Positions 19,090 to 26,220 of a DNA stretch of 64,000 bases are shown here, piece by piece (position 1 is the stretch's first letter; each line of letters begins with the position of its first letter). The DNA is from Cryomorphaceae bacterium (GTDB lineage: Bacteria; Bacteroidota; Bacteroidia; Flavobacteriales_D; Crocinitomicaceae), in contig JAJTGF010000004.1 of the NCBI GenBank assembly GCA_021299335.1, positions 5,885-69,884 of the forward strand. Direction: 5' to 3'. A program made the position numbers and the translations under genes. Below the pieces are notes generated by a model, which saw nothing but the letters and a program-made list of their open reading frames with translations, did not search any database and was not told the DNA's origin.

Positions 19090-20190
19090 CTAAAACTTAT
19101 AAAACCAACTTAGCATTGGAACCGGAAAAGAGTAATTATTGACAGTGGTTTGCACCGCTGTTTGCTCTTCTCTTTTGCCAATCACTCCTGCTAAGGTAAC
19201 CTGAAAAGCTCTATTTTGATCCTTTTGAAAACGCATGCCTGGCATAAAAACCATATTCATGCTCTGTACCTCAATGATAGGATCGCTATATACCACCATG
19301 CTGGGTTGGCCATTTAAATCATAAAAATATTGAATATCTTGATCATCAAAAATTCGGCGCTTATTGCCGCCAATAATCATGACATCCCAGATAAAACTGG
19401 CTTTTTTACCAACAGATGCAATACCAGAAATTCCTACAATCGGCGCATTGAAATTATCTACCTCTTCTGAGTAGGTCAACATCTCAGGAATCGGAAAAAT
19501 AGGGCCACCTTGATTGAAAACTGCAGGATACGTACCGGGCTGGTAATACGTATTTTGGTCGACAAAGGAGAAGCCTGAATTGAAATGCCCATAACCCAAA
19601 GAAAGGGTGACATTGCTGCGACGTGTTCCATAAGTCGCCATTCCCCAATGCAAGCCGCCGAATCCTTTGGCCTGATTGAAATACCCAGAAGAGGCCAAAA
19701 TAGATCCTACACCAAAATTGAGTTGAGGATTTTGAGTAGGTACAGTATACTTGAAAGCCAACGCAATTGGACTAGCAATCCAGGTAGCCATGACGCCCAC
19801 ACTGAAATTTGGAAGTACCGCGAAGTGGACTTCAGGCCCATAGAGATTGACCAGCGCATAATTCTCCCCCTTTTTGATCGGAAAAGCATTCGTGGTAAAT
19901 TGATATCGGGTTGTAAATACACCTTGACCTAGGTACTCGCCAGCTTTGTAGTCGGCTTTTGCATCCACTAACGTAACGCTCTTGACATCGGATTTTGGGA
20001 TATAAATCTTACCGAGTTGTTGGGTCAATACGAGTATTTCTCGGCCGTCATCAGCTAAAATTTGGCCCACGTATTCTACGCCATTATTGAGTACTATGAG
20101 ATATTTAAGGGTGTCCGCTTGAGGTTTTGGAACTTGGGCGCAGAGCTCAGTAAAACACAATAAAGTACACAGTAGCAAGGAAATTTTCAT
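19090..20190 (-). CDS. Secreted/outer-membrane barrel-like protein, unnamed family, paralogue B
   Basis: The ATG at 20190 (MKISLLLCTLLCFTELCAQ) is preferred over the TTG at 20196. The C-terminus is SWFYKF. It is a paralogue of 15519..16634, and its stop is 2 nt from the HTH gene start. Confidence 0.6.
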   Translation of the reverse strand: MKISLLLCTLLCFTELCAQVPKPQADTLKYLIVLNNGVEYVGQILADDGREILVLTQQLGKIYIPKSDVKSVTLVDAKADYKAGEYLGQGVFTTRYQFTTNAFPIKKGENYALVNLYGPEVHFAVLPNFSVGVMATWIASPIALAFKYTVPTQNPQLNFGVGSILASSGYFNQAKGFGGLHWGMATYGTRRSNVTLSLGYGHFNSGFSFVDQNTYYQPGTYPAVFNQGGPIFPIPEMLTYSEEVDNFNAPIVGISGIASVGKKASFIWDVMIIGGNKRRIFDDQDIQYFYDLNGQPSMVVYSDPIIEVQSMNMVFMPGMRFQKDQNRAFQVTLAGVIGKREEQTAVQTTVNNYSFPVPMLSWFYKF

Positions 20191-20217
20191 GGCCAATAAG
20201 ATTAGATCTTGCTAAAA

Positions 20218-22464
20218 TTAGTCATTCGTGTAGCTGCGCTGCACACGAGGTGAGATACTTGTAAGTATTTCATAGGGAAGTGTATGCGCCTTGGCTGCAA
20301 AGTCATTCAACGGCTGTTGTACACCAATAATTTCCACCTCAGCATCAGGTCTGGCGTTTGGAGCCAACACCATAATCATATCCATGCATACTCTTCCAAT
20401 GGTGGGGCAATACATCCCATCGATATAGACGCCGCCCGCCCCGTTGCTCAGATTGCGTTTGAAGCCATCTGCATATCCCACTGGTATAATGGCAATCTGG
20501 CTATCCTCTGCTAATGCTTGGGAGCTGCCGTAGCCCACAAAATCACCTTTATTGAGTTGTTTGAGTTGAGAAATCTGACTGGTCCAGGTAATGACTGGTT
20601 TGAGCTTGGCTTCAAAAAGAGCATCGTGATTGACTCCGAAGAGCCCAATACCCAAACGCACCATATCGAACTGCGCTTCTGGAAAATGAGCGGCGCCCTC
20701 TGAATTCAATAGATGTTTGATGAAAGCATACGGCAATGCGTTTTCAAAGTAGTCGCAAATTTCTTTGAAAATGGAAATCTGTTGTGCATTCATTGGATGG
20801 TGAGGCTCATCAGCACAAGCCATATGGCTGTAAATACTCTTGACGAGCACTTCGGGCTGGGCGCTGAGGGTCTGGAGAACTTGTTCCATTTGCTGCGGTA
20901 AAAAACCCAAGCGGTGCATTCCTGTATCGAACTTCAAATGAATGGGATACGCTTGGATGTTATGAGCAATCAGCACGCGAATAAAGGCATCTAGGTGAGC
21001 AAGGCTGTATACTGCTGGTTCTAGTTGATGCAAGATGCACGTCTCAAAACTTGCGGGTTCGGCATTCATGACGAGGATAGGCAGTTTGATCCCTGCTTCT
21101 CTCAGGAGCACACCTTCGTCGGCATAAGCTACACCGAAGTAATTTACTCCACCTGCGATGAGTTGTTGTGCAATTTGGTCCATGCCTGCGCCATAAGCCT
21201 GTGCCTTCAGCATGGCTAAAATTTGTGTGGTGGGCGCTAAATTTTGTTGGTATTGTTTCAAATTGTGCTCGAGTGCAGACAAGTCGTAGCGCACCACAGT
21301 ACTGTGCGTTTGGCGCTTCCATTTGGAAAGTAGGGCTGCTGTCAGTTGCTGATTACCTTTGATCAAAACAACTTTGTTGTCGATGGTCGGAAGTTGTTCG
21401 GGTAGTGCCGTCCAAATATAATATTCACGACAGTGATCAGCCTCCAATAAGCGCTGCAATTCAGCTTTAAAATGGAGCTGATGTTCATCGAGCAAACAGC
21501 AAACTACAGTGGCTTTGTCTTGAGAGACCGACTTTAAAAATGCCAGGGAACCTTCAAAAGCAAGCAGATCTAAAGTGTATGAGTCGTTGATGAGCGTTGC
21601 GCCATGAAGACCCTCAAAGGTTTCTAAGCGGTTGGCAAGTTTGGGAAGTGTAGCCACAGCTTGGGGCGTACAGTTGCCAAAGCGCAAGGCACAAGCCAAT
21701 GCCACGCGGGCGTTGTGCATGCGAACGGGATCGGAAAACGGAATTTGTTTCAATAAGGCCGCCGCATTGGCTGTGTCGAAGTCATGGAGAGCGTCGCCAT
21801 CTATGATCCACTCCGCGCCAATTGTCAGCTGTTTGAGCGCTTCTCGATAGGCTAAAGTGGAGCTAAATTCATGACGCAAGCCTGCATTTGCAGTGGTTAG
21901 AACGGCATAGGTTGGCGCAATCATGGCGTGCAGGCGTTCCATTTCGCCCGGCTTAGTCGCTGCCGCTTCGATAAGTGCCAAATCTCCTTCGATAGGAAGT
22001 TCTAGTAATGCGATGGCAACACCTAATTGAGAATTATAACTTTTTGGGCTGCGCAGCACATTCAACTGGTCAGCTAATAAATGATAGATCCATTCCTTAA
22101 CAGTTGTTTTGCCTATAGCGCCCGCAATAGCCACAATGGGATACTTCAGTTGCTTACGGTGGAATGCAGCGAGCGCTTGAAGCGCAAAAAGTACATCGTC
22201 GACAATCAAATAATTGGCGTCTGCTGCCAATGTTGTCGGTGCGCAATCCAAAACAAAAAACCTGATGCCTTTTTCGTATGCAGTTGCCACGAAGTCTTTA
22301 CCACTGCGCTTTGGACCATTGAGCCCAAAGAAAACGACACCACTCGTGCGGGTAATTTTACGCGAATCATAAACAACTTCTTGGATGAGGCCATCCTTAA
22401 AAGCACCAATACACTTTGCATTGATGATGTCAGAAAATTGAGACGGTGAGAGCTGAAGTTTCAT
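20218..22464 (-). CDS. Bifunctional MurF-like UDP-MurNAc-tripeptide:D-Ala-D-Ala ligase / alanine racemase fusion
   Basis: The internal ATG at 22464 (MKLQLSPSQF...) overlaps the tdk stop as ATGA. The Mur ligase P-loop is IAGAIGKTTVKEW. The C-terminal half is Alr-like (LAMLKAQAYGAG, HLKFDTGMHRLGF, YGSSQ...IIPVGYADG). Confidence 0.8.
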   Translation of the reverse strand: MKLQLSPSQFSDIINAKCIGAFKDGLIQEVVYDSRKITRTSGVVFFGLNGPKRSGKDFVATAYEKGIRFFVLDCAPTTLAADANYLIVDDVLFALQALAAFHRKQLKYPIVAIAGAIGKTTVKEWIYHLLADQLNVLRSPKSYNSQLGVAIALLELPIEGDLALIEAAATKPGEMERLHAMIAPTYAVLTTANAGLRHEFSSTLAYREALKQLTIGAEWIIDGDALHDFDTANAAALLKQIPFSDPVRMHNARVALACALRFGNCTPQAVATLPKLANRLETFEGLHGATLINDSYTLDLLAFEGSLAFLKSVSQDKATVVCCLLDEHQLHFKAELQRLLEADHCREYYIWTALPEQLPTIDNKVVLIKGNQQLTAALLSKWKRQTHSTVVRYDLSALEHNLKQYQQNLAPTTQILAMLKAQAYGAGMDQIAQQLIAGGVNYFGVAYADEGVLLREAGIKLPILVMNAEPASFETCILHQLEPAVYSLAHLDAFIRVLIAHNIQAYPIHLKFDTGMHRLGFLPQQMEQVLQTLSAQPEVLVKSIYSHMACADEPHHPMNAQQISIFKEICDYFENALPYAFIKHLLNSEGAAHFPEAQFDMVRLGIGLFGVNHDALFEAKLKPVITWTSQISQLKQLNKGDFVGYGSSQALAEDSQIAIIPVGYADGFKRNLSNGAGGVYIDGMYCPTIGRVCMDMIMVLAPNARPDAEVEIIGVQQPLNDFAAKAHTLPYEILTSISPRVQRSYTND

Positions 22465-23036
22465 GCAGACGCTTTTTGGTAACAACTTCTGCAAAGCGGT
22501 TGGTATTTTTCTACTGCACCCACCAAAACTTGTTCTGTCTGGGCAACCGTCCGATGCGAAAACTGCGCTAATTTTCCACAGTGTACGCAAACGGCATGAA
22601 CCTTACTCACGTATTCTGCAATGGACATTAGTTGTGGCATAGGGCCAAAAGGAATGCCTTTGAAATCCATATCTAAACCTGCCACTATCACCCGCACGCC
22701 TTTGTTGGCTAAGTTGTTGCAAACCTGAACGATGTCCATATCAAAAAATTGAGCTTCGTCTATGGCAACAATTTGTTCGCCGTTCCAAAGATCCATAACC
22801 TCTGACGAAGCGCTTACTCGCTTGGCTTCCAAACTTTGGCCTTGATGACTCACCACTGCTTCGGTTGCGTAGCGGTCATCGATGCGGGGCTTGACGAGTA
22901 AAATAGCCTGTTTGGCAAATGCAGCGCGGCGCAAGCGGCGAATGAGCTCTTCTGTTTTTCCGGAGAACATAGACCCACAGATCACTTCTATCCAACCTTG
23001 TTGTCCGTTTTCTTTGGTAAATTGCTCTAAAAACAT
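22461..23036 (-). CDS. tdk: Thymidine kinase
   Basis: 191 aa with P-loop GSMFSGKTEELIRR and a C-terminal zinc ribbon (CVHCG...CRSC). Confidence 0.9.
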   Translation of the reverse strand: MFLEQFTKENGQQGWIEVICGSMFSGKTEELIRRLRRAAFAKQAILLVKPRIDDRYATEAVVSHQGQSLEAKRVSASSEVMDLWNGEQIVAIDEAQFFDMDIVQVCNNLANKGVRVIVAGLDMDFKGIPFGPMPQLMSIAEYVSKVHAVCVHCGKLAQFSHRTVAQTEQVLVGAVEKYQPLCRSCYQKASA

Positions 23037-23068
23037 AGTGCTGTTGAATGAGATTGTGAAATGTTTTC

Positions 23069-23076
23069 TAATTTTG
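23069..23076 (+). promoter_or_regulatory. -7 box TAATTTTG upstream of the acidic-protein gene
   Basis: Exact TAnnTTTG match about 50 nt upstream of the ATG at 23129. Confidence 0.35.
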
Positions 23077-23128
23077 ATTCGGTAGTTCTATGAGCTCCCG
23101 ATTGCACGAAATTAATAAGTTATAAGCA

Positions 23129-23998
23129 ATGTCAGAAAAAAGTCCATCCCTAATGATCAAAACTATTCTCGGACACCTTCATTCAGGTGTTGAAAAACTT
23201 GAGTCCGGGCACCTCTCCCCGGAAGAAATGGAATTATTAGTCGAGGACGCCAAAGAACTATACGAGCGCATGATTATTTTGCGCTACAAAATTTATGAAA
23301 CCAATGTTTTGGGAGTACAGGCACCCGTCATTTCAGCGAGCCTGCGCCAGCCCGAAATCGAAACACCCATCGATTTATTTGGCAGCATAGACGAACCTGC
23401 ATCGGAACCTGAATTCGAAGTCACTTTTGCAAGTGGTGAAAGCGAAGAGCGCAACGAAGAAGTTTTCTACGACGAAAACGAGGAACAACTTGAAGACGAA
23501 GAAGAAGAGGAACAAGCCAATGAAGATGCAGAAGCTGAAGAAGAATCAACCGAAGAAGCAACAGCTGAAGAAGAGGAAGAAGCCAATGAAGAGGAAATGA
23601 GCGAAGAAGTCGCTGAAGTTGAAGCGGAATTAGAAGAGCCTGCCGAAGAAACAACAGCTGCTCAAAATGCCAATTGGGAACCGGAATTTTCTGGCGACCA
23701 ACCCATCTGGATGGCTGAAATGGAAGCCAATATCCGAGACAACCGCAGTGTGTTCCCATTAGAGAGCCTCATTGGCGCATTTACACTCAATGAAAAACTA
23801 CAGTTCATCAACGAGCTTTTTGATGGTTCTTCTGATGAATTCTCGAGCAACATTAAACAACTCGATCAACTCGCATCAATGGATGCTGCCCGCAATATGC
23901 TCACAGAACTGTCCCAAACTTTCAACTGGGATACCGAATCAGAAATTGTCGAAGATTTCATTTACAAAATTTGCCGACGCTATGCGACTGGCGCATAG
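23129..23998 (+). CDS. Hypothetical protein with an extremely acidic Glu-rich central region
   Basis: 289 aa with ordered-looking N- and C-terminal ends flanking about 70 residues of E/A/D low complexity (EEQLEDEEEEEQANEDAEAEEESTEEATAEEEEEANEEE). Confidence 0.5.
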   Translation: MSEKSPSLMIKTILGHLHSGVEKLESGHLSPEEMELLVEDAKELYERMIILRYKIYETNVLGVQAPVISASLRQPEIETPIDLFGSIDEPASEPEFEVTFASGESEERNEEVFYDENEEQLEDEEEEEQANEDAEAEEESTEEATAEEEEEANEEEMSEEVAEVEAELEEPAEETTAAQNANWEPEFSGDQPIWMAEMEANIRDNRSVFPLESLIGAFTLNEKLQFINELFDGSSDEFSSNIKQLDQLASMDAARNMLTELSQTFNWDTESEIVEDFIYKICRRYATGA

Positions 23999-25238
23999 TT
24001 TCTTATTTTGTTGCTTGTTCACGCTTGGCTATGCTCAAACATATCCTTACCGAGAAACCATCGCCAAGCTCTGTTCGCCTGAATTCGCCGGTAGGGGCTA
24101 TGTCAATGATGGAAGAATTTTAGCTGCCAACCTCATTGCTGCGGAATTTCACAAAATTGGACTCAAGCCCTTTCACAAAAATTACCAGCAACTGTTTTCC
24201 TTTCCTGTTCAAACCTTTCCGGGTGCTTGCACCATTGCCCTGGGTAACGACACCCTACAACCGGGCATTGATTACCTAGTAGATCCAGCATCTGCGGGTG
24301 CAGTTCCACAAAATTATCAGCTTGTGTATTGTAACGCTGCTACTTTATACCGGAGCGTCAATGCTTTCAAACCTTGCCCCAAAGACCGCTTACTCGTCGT
24401 AAAAACGAGTGGGTTCGGGGGCGACACCAACAAAGTCATGCAAACAAGGTTGAAAGAACTCCAACAATTTGCCGCTACAATTGAGCTGACAACAACCAAA
24501 CTGACTTGGTCTGTAAGTCAAACTGCCCTTCCCTACCCTGCTTTTATAGCACTCAAAGACAAATTTGAAAACAAACCCAACAGCGCATTTGTACATCTAG
24601 AAAGCAGCTATATTCCAAAATTCACATCAAGCAATGTGATCGGCTATTTACCCGCCGCTCAAAATGCCAAGAAAAAACCTTATTTAGTCATTACCGCACA
24701 TTACGACCACCTCGGTAAGATGGGCAAAGACACCTATTTCCCTGGTGCCAACGACAACGCTTCGGGGGTAGGGATGCTTCTCTTTTTAGCAAAAGAACTG
24801 AGTCTTCAGCGCAACCCAGACTATAATTATGTTTTCATGGCGTTTGGTGGCGAGGAAGCAGGGCTAGTTGGATCTAATTACTTTGTCAACCATCCGCTCT
24901 TCAAACTTTCTCAAATTCGCTTTTTGCTCAATACCGATATTATGGGAAGCGGCGAAGAAGGAATTACTGTAGTCAATGCAACACTCTTCAAATCAGAATT
25001 CGATCGCTTGGTCGAAATGAACAAGGATGGCAACTTCCTGACTCAAGTCAAATCTCGTGGGCCCGCTGCTAATTCTGATCATTATTTCTTCACAGAAAAA
25101 GGTGTGCCCGCATTCTTTGTGTATACAATGGGGCCGAATAAACACTATCACGATATCCACGACAAGGCCGAAGAATTGAGCTATGCGGCATTCGAACCCC
25201 TTGCCAAGCTTTTACTTGGGTTCATGCGCTCATTTTAG
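23982..25238 (+). CDS. M28 family zinc aminopeptidase
   Basis: The internal ATG at 23982 gives a signal peptide (MRLAHSFLFCCLFTLGYAQ). M28 motifs are ITAHYDHLG, GANDNASGVGMLL and FMAFGGEEAGLVGS. The track's upstream extension overlaps the previous gene in another frame. Confidence 0.8.
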   Translation: MRLAHSFLFCCLFTLGYAQTYPYRETIAKLCSPEFAGRGYVNDGRILAANLIAAEFHKIGLKPFHKNYQQLFSFPVQTFPGACTIALGNDTLQPGIDYLVDPASAGAVPQNYQLVYCNAATLYRSVNAFKPCPKDRLLVVKTSGFGGDTNKVMQTRLKELQQFAATIELTTTKLTWSVSQTALPYPAFIALKDKFENKPNSAFVHLESSYIPKFTSSNVIGYLPAAQNAKKKPYLVITAHYDHLGKMGKDTYFPGANDNASGVGMLLFLAKELSLQRNPDYNYVFMAFGGEEAGLVGSNYFVNHPLFKLSQIRFLLNTDIMGSGEEGITVVNATLFKSEFDRLVEMNKDGNFLTQVKSRGPAANSDHYFFTEKGVPAFFVYTMGPNKHYHDIHDKAEELSYAAFEPLAKLLLGFMRSF

Positions 25239-25607
25239 TCGTCTGACTAAATAACTCGTCTGAAGAATCAATACACTTAAGGAGAGCCCTAATAAATAGA
25301 ACACAAGCTCAACACTTTGATCAGTGTAAATCAGCGCTAAACTCGTAGATAAATAGCCCAATAATTGGGTAACGCTGATTGCTAGAAAACGAAAAGCTTG
25401 CGCAACTGCATCTCCATTATTTCGGAAAAATAATATAACAGCCGAGGCCAAAACCAATAGAAAAGAGGTTACTAATATGCTCCCTACGCCTTTGAGCGGC
25501 AAATGAAAAACACCTATGAGCGCAAGCACTAAAAAAACAATATGGACAGCCAGCAAAGTGGCTAAATAGGACCAAAGCGTAAGTCGCTTCCTTGGATTAG
25601 TCTTCAC
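25230..25607 (-). CDS. Small polytopic membrane protein (about 4 TM), function unknown
   Basis: 125 aa with an apparent GTG start that overlaps the AtpZ stop by 11 nt. Its 3' end overlaps the convergent M28 gene by 9 nt. Confidence 0.45.
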   Translation of the reverse strand: MKTNPRKRLTLWSYLATLLAVHIVFLVLALIGVFHLPLKGVGSILVTSFLLVLASAVILFFRNNGDAVAQAFRFLAISVTQLLGYLSTSLALIYTDQSVELVFYLLGLSLSVLILQTSYLVRRLK

Positions 25608-25815
25608 GATTGAGGGAATTCACTTCTTTAATGATCAAGTACAAACCAATTCCTACTCCCAGCAATGCCAAAAAGATGGTAAAAAAACGATTGGTATTGT
25701 ACTGCGCGTCGAGAAATGTACCGAGCCAAGTAAAGCCACCAATCACTGCTGCCATCTGAAAAGCAGCGGAAGTGAGTTTGAGATAAGCGTTGTGGGAAGC
25801 GTCTTTTTTAGTCAT
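25597..25815 (-). CDS. AtpZ/AtpI family small membrane protein
   Basis: 72 aa with two TM segments. The pattern YLKLTSAAFQMAAVIGGFTWLG.FLD is typical of AtpZ/AtpI-like proteins. Confidence 0.6.
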   Translation of the reverse strand: MTKKDASHNAYLKLTSAAFQMAAVIGGFTWLGTFLDAQYNTNRFFTIFLALLGVGIGLYLIIKEVNSLNRED

Positions 25816-26215
25816 TGAACGCTGCTTCTGTATCTAGCTTTGGAGTGCTTACACCCGCACGCATGACACAGGCCCCTTCGAAGAAAGCACCTTCTTCGAT
25901 ATGGAGTTTCATGGTTTGAATATCGCCTTTGATACGCGCTGTTGAGCGCAAAACCAACAGATTCTCGACCATCAGTTGACCATCCATGGCGCCGTCGATT
26001 TCGGCATTGACACAAACGAGATTGCCATTGATTTTTCCTGATGTTCCGATGATGACGCGTCCGGCACAAGATACGTTGCCATTTACCTCGCCTTCGAGGT
26101 GAATGTTGGTATCGGAGGTAAGGTCTCCGTTGATTTCAGTACCGGCAATAATGCGGTTTGTGCGGTCGGTGTTGTCAGGTTGTTGAGAACCTCCGAAAAT
26201 GTCTTTTCTTAGCAT
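25808..26215 (-). CDS. Bactofilin (polymer-forming cytoskeletal protein)
   Basis: 135 aa with beta-helical repeat pattern I.G.EI.GDL......HLEGEV.GNV.C.GRVIIG..GKI.GNL.C...EIDG...G. Confidence 0.8.
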   Translation of the reverse strand: MLRKDIFGGSQQPDNTDRTNRIIAGTEINGDLTSDTNIHLEGEVNGNVSCAGRVIIGTSGKINGNLVCVNAEIDGAMDGQLMVENLLVLRSTARIKGDIQTMKLHIEEGAFFEGACVMRAGVSTPKLDTEAAFND

Positions 26216-26220
26216 GTTGC

